A stretch of 63,466 bases of DNA, filler included, from Aduncisulcus paluster (taxonomy: Eukaryota): the NCBI GenBank assembly GCA_024181965.1. It is 16 parts of 16 records of this genome, joined end to end, with 100 filler letters (N's around TTAATTAATTAA, not from the genome) between each part and the next. Parts side by side here need not be neighbours in the genome. Positions count along the whole stretch, not along the records: positions 36,814 to 41,365 come from BQXS01011814.1; positions 41,466 to 43,312 come from BQXS01011815.1; positions 43,413 to 53,756 come from BQXS01011816.1; 13 more parts are not named here. One strand, 5' to 3'. The number at the start of each line of letters is the position of its first letter. Within the stretch, counting starts at the first letter, position 1. Positions 36,814-48,423 of the stretch are shown here, piece after piece. A program made the translations under genes and the position numbers. Under the pieces are notes generated by a model. It worked only from the letters and a program-made list of their open reading frames with translations, searched no databases and had not been told where the DNA came from.

Positions 36814-39800
36814 CATCATAAATTCCATCAAACAACTCATCGAGATCAGAAAACTCCCCGTCTTTATCAGTTTTTAGGTGGGATTCATGTTCCCTTTTCG
36901 ACAGCACTTTAGCGTCTGTTACTATATCTTTTGAAGAAGAGAGAGAATTAGAATCTTTAGAAGAGTTTGATGGAGTCTGTTTTGGTTTTGCTATAGCATA
37001 ATATTCTTGAATAATGCTGTGTATATCCCATTCTCCAACACTGCCACACCCATTGACGTTGTTACAGACACATAAACATTGAATCCATTGGTTTGAAATA
37101 TTGTTATTGGGGGATACCTTTGAAGAACGTTGAGACTTAGATCCTTGTGATATAGCAATAATGTTGTGTAGAACATGTGAAGGGATACGTAGGTTGATAT
37201 GAGCTGAACCATTTCTAATCGATTCAGATGAAAACACTCGAGTTAACACCATTTCTCCATTAATTCCTACATATAGAGTATACCTATGTTTGTGAGGAAC
37301 CAAAGATGTCACCGAATATGCAGAGGGAGAGGAAGAGGGAAGAAGAAGAAGAAGAGGAAGAGGAAGAGGATTCTCTTTGATCCATGTACATATGTAGGGT
37401 TGGTTGAGTGTGGGTATATTGGTTAGACTGACTCATGTTCTTTCCATTGAGACCTACAAGATCCTCAGAGAGTTCTATGAAGACTCCACATTCATGGCTG
37501 ATTGGAGATACATTGATGCGAACTAGAACACAGCGAATGCACCATTCCCACACGTCTCTAATAACTTTTATAGCACGAGTCTGAGAACCAGCGTATCTCA
37601 ACAAGTTCTCAAGACCTCGTTCCCTGACATCTCGAATAGAAAAGACACCTGATGTAATGAAAGGAAGAATAGAAGCGATACCAACGCCAGGAACTTGCAT
37701 TAGATGCGTTGTAGGAGGTGCAACGAAAAGAGACAAAGGTTTACGGCGTCGTTTTTTGACAGAGGAACCAGTCTCCTCCTCAAGCTTCTCAAGAGCTTCC
37801 TCTCTCAGTCTCTCCTCTTCCTCTCTCTGTCTCTGCCATTCAAGAACACCGACACATTCATCAATACTTTCTGCAGACCAACACTTCTGCTGCACACTGA
37901 GAAGTAACTGGAGAGCCCTACAGAACAGCGGGAATGAACATCCATTCGAATTTACAGTGATCTTTGAGACAGAAGAATCTCCATCACACTTCGTAACAGA
38001 ATCTGAGGAAAAAGATTCCTTTGTACCCCCATAATGTCCAGATATACGACTAGTTGTCATGTTCGTAACCTCATTGAAGCCATATATAGTAAAATACTCT
38101 TCCCATTTCTCATAGGAAGAGCTTCCTCTCTCAGTCTCTCCTCTTCCTCTCTCTGTCTCTGCCATTCAAGAACACCGACACATTCATCAATACTTTCTGC
38201 AGACCAACACTTCTGCTGCACACTGAGAAGTAACTGGAGAGCCCTACAGAACAGCGGGAATGAACATCCATTCGAATTTACAGTGATCTTTGAGACAGAA
38301 GAATCTCCATCACACTTCGTAACAGAATCTGAGGAAAAAGATTCCTTTGTACCCCCATAATGTCCAGATATACGACTAGTTGTCATGTTCGTAACCTCAT
38401 TGAAGCCATATATAGTAAAATACTCTTCCCATTCGTAACAGAATCTGAGGAAAAAGATTCCTTTGTACCCCCATAATGTCCAGATATACGACTAGTTGTC
38501 ATGTTCGTAACCTCATTGAAGCCATATATAGTAAAATACTCTTCCCATTTCTCATAGGAATCCATCATATCTCCGTTCTCCTCCTTCCCCGATCTTCCTT
38601 TCGATGCATCACCATCTCTTCCCTTCATTAGCCTTCCCTTTAAGATCTCTACCATACACTCGCTGACCCTTTCGATTGTTCTGATCATGGATGTGAAAGA
38701 TGTTGACAATACGTGGGAACTGGCAAGAGCAGAGAGCGAGGGAGAGAGAGAGGGATGTGATGGACACTGTGGATGTGATGGAGGCACAGAGGTCTGACCA
38801 AGAAGATGTGAATGAGCATGCTTGATTCTATCTTTTCCCTTGAAAGAAGAATAAGAAGAACTTGAAGAGGAAGAAGACGACGAATGAATGCTATCCGTGG
38901 AGGAAGAAGCACCCCAAGATGCACTTGTACTTCCCTTTGTCCCTACTTTACCACCACAACTCAACCAGGCCTGTAACATACATAGGACTTTCATAGGAGC
39001 AGTTTTCACACTTCCTTTCTGTGTCCAATAAGTAATCGTCTTATCCTTATTAATGTCATTCAATACTTTCCTTTCATTCAGTCTAGATACAAAATCATTC
39101 AGCTCTTCACACTGGCAGACACATTGGAATACTTCCTTGAGGGTGGCATAAGGCGACAGCATGAGGATGTGCGCAATCGTAGGAAGGCGTACATAATATC
39201 TGTTCATAGCATGGCCCGTGTGAGTGGCAGTGAGGACTACGTGAGGCCTTGGGTGGGTTAGGTATGTCCTCGCAAGGACCTTGAGGTGCAATAAGGAGTG
39301 TAGACAAGCCGAAACAAGATGCTGAATAAGATTGGGAGAAGAGGAAGAGGAAGAGGAAGAGGAAGAGGAAGAGGAAGAGGAAGAGGAAGAGGAAGAGGAA
39401 GAGGAAGAGGAAGAGGAAGAGGAAATAGAAGAAGAGAATCCAGAATCCATATCCTTAATAGATTCCCTCCATCATATCTCCGTTCTCCTCCTTCCCCGAT
39501 CTTCCTTTCGATGNNNNNNNNNNNNNNNNNNNNGGAAGAGGAAGAGGAAGAGGAAGAAGAAGAGGAAATAGAAGAAGAGAATCCAGAATCCATATCCTTA
39601 ATAGATTCCCATACATTTTTGTAGTGAAGAGGATTCTTATGCACTCTGACGGCAAAGAATGTACTCTCCACGAACCTTCTGCATTCGGATTCACTCTTCA
39701 CACTGCCAATGCATACTTCTCCAACGATATGCTCACTCAAGGACTTGTGTAGATGTGACTCAAGGGGTCGAATACTACCTGTGTCACCATCTGCACACCC

Positions 39801-41365
39801 AAGACCTGACTCTACACGCCTCCTCTCATCTCCGTCCTCACACACGACAACACATACTCCCTTCTTGTCGAACTGAGGCCTCCCAGCTCTTCCAGCCATC
39901 TGTTGGAGTGAGGAGAGCGGAACGCACTCGAATCCTGCTCCCTGTTTGTACTGCTTTGTCCCCATGATAACCACAAGACGTGCAGGCAAGTTCACACCCT
40001 GTGCCAAGGTAGAAGTGGTAGTCAGGAGAGACACCCTTCTATTGATGAACAAAGACTCAACCAGATGTCGATCTTGGGGTGCGAGGGAAGCGTTGTGGAA
40101 TCCAACACCCCTTGACACCAAATCATGGAGTTTGGGGTCAAGAAAGGCACTGGGAGGAGGTATTTCAGACCTGGCAGGGTACACATGCGACGGAAGAGAG
40201 GATAGATGCTGTACGACATGTTCAGCAACCTGAGTCGTCAGCTTTCTCGTAGGACAGAATATGAGGGTCGGTTTCCCTTCACTCCACCTTCGAATAACAT
40301 CGACGACCGCATATTTAAGGTTCTGAGTGAAGATATAATCACTCATTCCAGGTCTCTTCATCACTGCATGTGTTGATAGATATAGAGGAGTTGATCGAAA
40401 GTCATCACCGAATGCACAGGCTTTCACAGTCCTCGGGAACACACCAGAAGCATCAGACTGTCCTCTAATCCATTGTGCAATATCTCCAATGTTACCCACA
40501 GTGGCACTGCAACAGACCACTCTCAACCGGGACAATGGAGAAGATGAGGAAGGAGTCAGAGAATGAATACCAGAGGAAGCAGAGGCTTGAAGAGGGATCT
40601 TGGGAGTCAAATGTTCCATGAAATCTGTCTTAGGGTTCGCAGATAATTGCTTGGAATGATCCCCAAATTGCTCAATATAACTAAGTGTTAACAAACGAGT
40701 TATTACAGCTTCAAGAACACCTCCTCTCTCTTCTCCAAGCAAATGAACCTCATCAACACACAGAACAGCAGTGTTTTTGATCAATTGTGTGATTATACCG
40801 CCATAACTAACTTTTCTACTGATTGCATCCCATTTCTCTGGAGTTGTAACTACAATACGGGCAGTTTTCAGCCCGCGATAAATCGCTTTATCTTCCATCA
40901 TATCGTTAGTGTCACCAGTAAGCTCAATAACACCACATTTGAACTTTGACCGCCATTTTTCAGCCTTTTCATGACAAAGAGCCTTTATCGGAGCGATATA
41001 AATAGCTTTGGATGAGAAAGTAGAGGAAGTGGATGAACTAGATCTCCGAACAGGTCCATGATGATGCAATTTAGAGTCTGCTCCATCACATTCAAGCATT
41101 TGGACGATTGCTAGCTCAAACACGACAGTTTTACCACTTCCTGTTGGCGCACTCACCACAACACTATCATTTGAGTTGAGAAGACACGGCAAAAGGAATG
41201 ATTGAAGAGGATTGAACTTGGGAAATGGGAATAGAGACAAGAATTCAGGACTGACGGCAAGTGAAGGCGGCACAATCTTGATTGTGGCTACATCAGGAGA
41301 CAGTATTCCCACGGGAGCTAACGGGATTGGAGAAGGAGAAGGAGAAAAGTGTTTGGGGATAGAAG
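36814..41365 (-). CDS. HFM1: Mer3/HFM1 meiotic DExH helicase with Sec63 region, disrupted by local duplications and a frameshift
   Basis: FPKFNPLQS, SAPTGSGKTVVFELAI, YIAPIKALC, DEVHLLGEERG, GVNLPARLVVIMGTKQY, QMAGRAGRPQFD, ESHLH and STFFAVRVHKNP. Downstream ORFs carry a Sec63-like segment (AMNRYYV...EEL...ERKVLNDINK). Confidence 0.88.
37759..38560. repeat. Nested near-exact duplications inside the Mer3 C-terminal region
   Basis: The YGFNEVTNMTTSRISGHYGGTKESFSSDSVT block occurs three times and the KCDGD...REEAL block twice. Segment 38562-38607 reappears next to the gap at about 39468-39513. Confidence 0.85.
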
Positions 41366-41467
41366 NNNNNNNNNNNNNNNNNNNNNNNNNNNNNNNNNNN
41401 NNNNNNNNNTTAATTAATTAANNNNNNNNNNNNNNNNNNNNNNNNNNNNNNNNNNNNNNNNNNNNGG

Positions 41468-42313
41468 GATGCTTCGCGAACAACTTTTGCCGATATTGCC
41501 GGATTAGAAGATGCTAAGGCTGCTCTGATAGAAACTGCCATTAAACCTGCGTTACGACCTGAATTATATCAAGGATTGAGAGCTCCTCCGAAAGGAATTC
41601 TTTTATTTGGGCCTCCTGGAAATGGTAAGACCATGTTGGCAAAAGCTGTGGCGAATGAAGCCAAATGCACGTTCTTATCGATGTCCGCATCGACTCTTGT
41701 ATCTAAATATATCGGGGATAGTGAGAAACATGTCCGCACAATGTTTGTAGTTGCTCGAGCCCTGCGTCCAACCATTATTTTCCTTGATGAAGTTGATTCC
41801 ATTCTTCGGAGACGTTCTTCCGATGAACGGGAGCATTCCCGTCGTCTTAAGACTCAGTTCTTAGTTGAAATGGAAGGAGCAACGGGTGATGCTGGCAAGA
41901 GGGTTCTTATAATGGCTGCAACGAATCTTCCCGGCCAACTTGATGACGCTGCAATCAGAAGATTTCCTCGAAGAGTATATATACCGATGCCTTCAATCGA
42001 AACACGGGGATTTATCATCTCCGGGCTACTCTCTAAATTGGGAGATTTTGCTCATTGTCTTTCAGCAGCTCAGATTCAAGCCATTGCCAAGAGATGTGAA
42101 GGATTCTCGTGTTCGGATATGACTACTCTTGTTAGAACGGCTGTAAGTGCGCCAGTAAGTGAAATATCTATTGAAGCACTCGGAACAATCAATATTCAAG
42201 ATGTTAGGAAGGTTAATGCAGAAGATTTCATCCATGTTTTGAAAAAAACTAAACCTTCTGTTACTGAGGAGAGCTTAAGGCAATTTGCGGAGTGGGCCGC
42301 ATCAAATACTTAA
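41468..42313 (+). CDS. SPAST: Spastin/fidgetin-family microtubule-severing AAA ATPase, 5' partial
   Basis: FADIAGLEDAK...LRPELYQGLRAPPKGILLFGPPGNGKTMLAKAVA, SASTLVSKYIG, IIFLDEVDS, SRRLKTQFL, AATNLP..LDDAAIRRF and KPSV. Confidence 0.85.
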   Translation, partial: DASRTTFADIAGLEDAKAALIETAIKPALRPELYQGLRAPPKGILLFGPPGNGKTMLAKAVANEAKCTFLSMSASTLVSKYIGDSEKHVRTMFVVARALRPTIIFLDEVDSILRRRSSDEREHSRRLKTQFLVEMEGATGDAGKRVLIMAATNLPGQLDDAAIRRFPRRVYIPMPSIETRGFIISGLLSKLGDFAHCLSAAQIQAIAKRCEGFSCSDMTTLVRTAVSAPVSEISIEALGTINIQDVRKVNAEDFIHVLKKTKPSVTEESLRQFAEWAASNT

Positions 42314-42566
42314 TCTCTTTGATATATATCTTGTTTTCCTCAATCGTTTTGGAGAAGGTCTTTCGTATTTAACTGAAATTTTGACAAATTATTTTGGTGA
42401 CATTGCAGGTTGTGGTTCAATGATTATTATAAGGGTAAATTAGGGTAAATATTATACATATCTATTTTTCAATAAAATATTTCATTCAATATTGAAAATC
42501 CGATACTTTTTTGTAAAATCGGCACTGCCCAATCTGAAAATCAGTATTTTGCCCTTTTTGACAAGG

Positions 42567-43312
42567 ATGGCATCCAAAACAATAATTAAAAGTGATTCGA
42601 ATGGCTTTTATTCGAATCCTAAGGCAATGGAAGCTATTCGAATGAATACTGTTGTGGGTATTTCGCCAGAATGTATTGCTTCACCTGCTCAGTGTTGCTC
42701 TGAAATTGACCTCCCTCAAAAGTCGTCAACATTGGAAAAACAAGTTGCTTCTAAGCCATTAATTCCTTTGGTATGGCATATTGCTACCCCCGGTATTATT
42801 AGCACAATTATCGGTGCCTTGTACAGTTCTATTGACTCTTTATATATCGGACGGTATAGTGGAAACTCTCTTGCTGCTATTGGTGTTGCTTTCCCAGCAG
42901 AACAACTGATAATCTGGAATGTGGGTGTAATTCTTAACTTTGGTTGTGGGACTCTTATTTCTCGTGCTCTTGGTAAAAAAAATATATCCGAGGCTGAAAA
43001 ATACCTTGGATCTGTCATTTTCTCATGGATAGTTATTTCTATTCTTGTTCCTCTTCTTGTTATTCCCTTTGCCCTCCCCATTGTTCGAGCCTTTGGTGCT
43101 GACACTACAATCGAGGATGAAGCGGCGTCATATCTTAAAATAATTGCTGTAGGAACATATGCTTATACCATGACTGCCTCTGGAAATAATCTACCTCGAA
43201 GTGAGGGTTCAGCGCTTTGTGCCATGGTTATTTCGATCGTATCTGCCATTTTGAACATAATTATAGATCCTATTCTAATCTTTGGCTTTGATATGGGGTT
43301 GAAAGGTGCTGC
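42567..43312 (+). CDS. MATE-family efflux transporter (bacterial MepA/NorM-like), 3' partial
   Basis: PGIISTIIGALYSSIDSLYIGR, LAAIGVAFP, ISRALG and NIIIDPILIFGFDMGLKGA. Confidence 0.92.
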
Positions 43313-43413
43313 NNNNNNNNNNNNNNNNNNNNNNNNNNNNNNNNNNNNNNNNNNNNTTAATTAATTAANNNNNNNNNNNNNNNNNNNNNNNNNNNNNNNN
43401 NNNNNNNNNNNNC

Positions 43414-46400
43414 AGGGCCAAATTAACAGCCAAGCAACTTCTTGCTGGTGTTATCCATGCCATGCCCTTCTCAAATGCTCAAGGACAGCTATCTCCAATG
43501 CAAGCTCCCTTGATAACCTCCAGTATTCCTGAGAAGGTTGTGAGTGAGTTCTTGGCACTCAATCCCGAGCTTTCTCGTGCCCTCTTCCACACATGTCATG
43601 TTAGTGCTAAGAAACTCATGAGTAACTTTGCTGCAAAGATCGAGAATACTGCTCAACAAACTGCTGCTCGTCTTGTCCAGGTCGACTTTGTCCATGACGG
43701 ATCTGGTGACACTCTCTTCAATTGCTCCGTTTCTGTCCAACGTGCCATCACCAAACAGCTTGGAAAGGCCACTCTCCTTTCTCCTCTCAAACGTGATGTG
43801 TGGCAAAAGATCTTGCCGCTTCTTTCCTGCCCAACCGATGTTCCCCAAGACCTTATCTTCCCCTGCATTCTCAGTGCCGTAGGGAGAGTTGCGGTGACCA
43901 TTTCTGATGCCATCAGCAAGGACATGGCTGTCAAGACATCTCAGAATCTTTCACCACACGTCGATCGTATGCGTTCTAGTCGTATTGCCTGGGCTAAGAG
44001 TGTTCAAAGCAAGGGAGATGCCCTTCCATTGTTCTCTGATAGTGAAGTATCTCGCTTCCTCTCCTCAGTATCATTCCCTAAGGGTTTTAAGGAGTCTTCT
44101 TTGCCCCCCACTGGGCCAGTATCCGCTGCCGTTAAGAAACAGTACTATTTCTTCGATGGTACCCGTATGGAACACACTTCAAACCGTCGTAAGTTAGAAC
44201 TGGACGATGATATTATGCTTAAGATCATTCCTGGGCTTCATGTTGGAGGCGTCAGGGAGGATGTTCCGGCCATTGCAAGTGGAATTATGAGCATTGTGGA
44301 ACAAAAGGCTCTGTTGTCAAAGATGCAAGAGTGCTGTGGTGGATCAATCGAGGATATGCTCCCTCAGAGTGCTACAATAGCCTCAAAGGATACTCAGGAG
44401 GATGTCAAGCCACGGTATACCCTCGTCCCATCTGTGCTTCCTAACTTCTTGGACTCTCTCTTCCAGTTCCTTGCGAGGGCTGTGGACTACACTTGTCTGT
44501 CTTCCTTATCTGCTTCTACTCTTACCCTGTCTTCTCTTCCTCCATCGCATCGTGTTCCTTTCTGCATCCGTCAGATAAGACGTGCTCTGTTGGCTCCTCT
44601 GACAGTTAAGAATGGTGACAGTGGTCGTCGTAGGACAAGCGAGGACGAGAGAGAACGTATTGTTCTCGATGTTGTCAAAGCCACCCTCTCTGCTATCATT
44701 GATATCGTCACTGGAAAGACTGTCAGCACTCAATCTGAGGCCCCATCTTCCCCTTCCTCCATCCCCATCCTCTCTCCTCTTCACCACTGCAAAACAGCTC
44801 CTGTATTGTTCCATTTATCTGTTCTCTGTGGCATCATTTGTGTGTGTGGAGACGTCTGCTACGATCGTGTGTCTGTGTGTTGTGTAGAGGAACTGTCCAG
44901 TTCTGCTTCTCTCCTCTCCACTGTGTCTTCATATTCATTGATGGCCCACTGCGTCTGTGAGTGTGTTGAAGGTGGTATTATATGCGGGCGTGGTCTTGAG
45001 AAGATCTCTGCAAGTGTTCTTTTGACCCATGACTCTGACTCTCTCGACGGGAGTGCAAAGGATTCTGATGCTGAGGACACAAATAGGGACATTGGAATTG
45101 GAATATTCGTGTCTGAAGTGCTCCGTAAATGTGTCTTGTCTCAGCATATCTTGGTGTCTGATGTGAGATCTCTTGTCGATCACGCTGGAGATGCTTCTAT
45201 TCAGGGTGANNNNNNNNNNNNNNNNNNNNTGGTCTTGAGAAGATCTCTGCAAGTGTTCTTTTGACCCATGACTCTGACTCTCTCGACGGGAGTGCAAAGG
45301 ATTCTGATGCTGAGGACACAAATAGGGACATTGGAATTGGAATATTCGTGTCTGAAGTGCTCCGTAAATGTGTCTTGTCTCAGCATATCTTGGTGTCTGA
45401 TGTGAGATCTCTTGTCGATCACGCTGGAGATGCTTCTATTCAGGGTGAGGCCAGTATTGGTGGGATAAATAATGTTATGAATAGGTTATCATTGCTCACA
45501 TCTGTACTTTCTTTGCTCCCATCGCCTTCTCCTGTTCTCTCCAATCTCTTGGAATGTAGCCCAAAGTCTATCGGGACTGTCAGTGTGTTTGATGGAGTTC
45601 CTGGGCTTGTTCGTGGTCGTGTCAAGGTGAGAGATGTGTGGGAAAGACATGAGAACGTCCGTGCAGTCAAAGAAGGCGGCAAACAGCGTGTTCCTGTGAG
45701 TATCATAGGTGTTGGTAATGCTCTCAAGGATGAACAAGTGGCCATTCCCTTCGGATCTACTGGTGAGAAAGGCAGTGTTGAGCAACAAATGAAAGTTCAT
45801 CCTTCGATTGTCCCCTTGTTACATGCTTTGTCTCAGCAATCTGAGTCAGATCTCATCAAGGAGTGCACTGTATTCCTCGAAGGGTGGAAGAGTGTTTACG
45901 AGGTGATCAAAGGAGATGTCGAGCTCCTCAAGAGTTGTGTGATTCCTTTCATTCGTCACGCTTATGCTCTTGGGTATCTTGTCACTCCCAAGACCACCGA
46001 CACTTTCTTGCACCATTGCTTTAGGTTTATGATAGAGCAAGATGAAAAGATGAGCAAGAATGAGGAAGAAATGAAGGGTGTGTTATCAATGGTTGATTCT
46101 ATGGCTGTCTTTATTGTTCTAAGTCTCAATTTTGTTGTGGAACAAAACTGTATATCCTTCGTTGAACGCCAGAAGCTCCTTAAGGGTGTCTTCGATGTCA
46201 TGGTCAGTGTTTTGATGAAATCCACCGCCAACAGTGTTTGTAGGGTTGTCTATCGTCTCGTCAAGGGTCTATACGAGCATATCGTTGCCCTCGAACCAGC
46301 TGAAGCAGTTCCCAGATTCTTGGATGTTATCTGTGATGGTTTGGCCCTTATGAGTCCAACTCACATGATCCACTTCATCAAGGCTTGGTTTGTGCTTGTC

Positions 46401-47354
46401 ACAGACTCAAGCTTCGTGAGCCTCTTAATGGAGAAAGACAGGACTCAGAGTATTTTGAGCAACTTCTTGGTTGATTTCTTCGCTGCTGTTTACCCTTTCT
46501 TGGCCGATTCAAAGCTTCCAGGTGATCTTTATGAGGCTTGTTGCAGGTTTATTCGTGCTCTAACCATCGATTATCCAGGCTTCATTGTGAAATACAAGAC
46601 GTTTTTCCTTGTTGAAATTCCACACCAGGCTAGTTTCTTGAAGTCTTTGATTGCCGCTACAGGTCCGAATAACATGCGTGTTGATGACTTTGACCCCCTT
46701 CGTTCACCTGATAAGCAGCAATTCGTTGTCGATAGGCTTCCAGAGATTCATATCATGCCCCCGATGCGCTTTGACTACCCAACTATTCTTGACAGGGCTG
46801 GTCTGCGTGAGAGTGTGACTGGTGCCATGAAGCTTGGTGTTCAAGAAGGAACTGCGATTCGTAAACACTTTGCCAGTCTCTTGCTTCAGAAAATCAAAGA
46901 TGCAAAGGACGAGAGATACGGAAGACATTTGCTTTACTCTGCCACTCTTTTCTTGACTCAGTTCTCTGTTCAAGTCAGTGAGGGTCTTGTTCAGAGTGAA
47001 ACTGCGGGGTTGTTGACCATTGGTGAGATTCTCCAAAAGGCTGACAGCGAGACGTGTTACCAGTTTATCACTTTCCTTGTTGATAACCTCTCATATCCTA
47101 ATAGAATGTCATACCACACAGCTCTTATCATATTGTGGTTGTTCGCTGAGAAGAATTTGGATGCTTTTAACGAACGTCTGTTGCGTGCTCTTCTCGAGAG
47201 ATACACCTCAGGGCATAAACCTTGGGCTGTGACGGTCTGTCTTTATGAAATGGTCAATAACAAGAGGATGTTCAGGGTAATTGATATGCCATGCTATAAG
47301 AATCATCCAGAATTGAGACAGATTCTTGACAGGTTGAAACGTGAAAATAGATAA
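43414..47354 (+). CDS. CNOT1: CCR4-NOT subunit 1 (Not1), C-terminal half; split in the track by a gap-flanking duplication
   Basis: C-terminal LSYPNRMSYHTALIILWLFAE...RALLERY...KPWAVTVCLYEMV matches the Not1 pattern LRYPN.HT..F...LF...R.LLER...PWG. 44991-45209 is duplicated at 45230-45448. Confidence 0.85.
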
Positions 47355-48301
47355 ACGAAGATTTGTTGTTTCGAATGAAATTGGATTTAGAAATTTTACA
47401 AAAAAAAAAAAAAAAAAAAATGAAAACACTTGAAATTCAAGTTAAATAAAATGTATTAAACCATCTCAAATGCAGATTTATTTCTTTTTGCTAAGCTTTC
47501 GGATTATTCAAAGAAAAACAATATCATAGATGGTAGAGCTATAGATACATATGACAGATAGTATAACTTTGACATATGATAAGATGTCTCCATTCCAAAG
47601 ACAAGGAACGCAGAGCACAAATCTCAGTACTCGGATGATCAGGATCTGTCATTGGAAAAGATTGGAGTAACAATGCAGTATTCGAGATGACAATGACAAT
47701 GGGGGAAGTACAACGTGCAACATGGTACAGGGCACAAATATCACTGGAATCATTCAAAAGGTACGATATCACTTTCAACGATTGTCACATTGTCAATCTA
47801 GGGTGAAATAGCACAAAGCTCAGAATTAAATGTATCGGATGATCAGGATCTGTCATTGGAGTTGGAGTTGGAATTGGATTTGACTGGGGATATGTCGTGT
47901 TCCATGAAGCATCAGGGGATTAGATTCGTAGCAGTATACAGACATATGTATACCATCGTATTCCGAGTTCTTGATATTTTTGATTGTAAGCAAAAGCAAG
48001 TGAAAATTTGAAAGGCAAGGATAAGGATAGAAATGAAATGGAAATATATCCATGTTATTGAATAGCATTGAAATCGTTCATAAATGTTCTTAACGCGTGA
48101 AATGGAAGTATATGGAGTCCTGAGGAATCCCAAAAGCCTGAGATATCGAGAATAAACATGGAAATGAAAATAAAACATGTTTTTATCATTTATCGCCATT
48201 GAAATCGTTTATATGTGTGTTTTTAAATTTCCAATCTTATCTATTGAAGGGTTGCTTGTTCAGTCTTCCATTTTTTCGATTTCTTGGCAAACAAGCAAAT
48301 T

Positions 48302-48396
48302 GTATGTTTACTGCATGTCACATCTTTTATTAAATGTATATTAAGAAATATTTTAACCGGATTCATTCATTATTCTGCTTGGTTTTATTTTTTTAG
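48302..48396 (+). other. Putative 5'-UTR intron of the repeat-domain/kinase gene
   Basis: CAAATT/GTATGT donor and TTTTTTAG/ATAA acceptor 27 nt before the ATG; both ends are conserved in the paralogue at 56052-56248. Confidence 0.55.
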
Positions 48397-48423
48397 ATAA
48401 GACACAATTCTATCTCAATTCAA

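Noticed and set aside
23223..45448. Direct repeats of 189-281 nt flanking 20-N gaps (23504, 34640, 45210), as LTRs or gene duplications
   Set aside because: They are identical overlaps at scaffold gaps, and merging them restores single ORFs (CNOT1, AT-hook protein).
47400..47420. Poly-A run shortly after the CNOT1 stop, as a sign of a retrocopy
   Set aside because: No target-site duplication is visible, and A runs are common in these AT-rich spacers.
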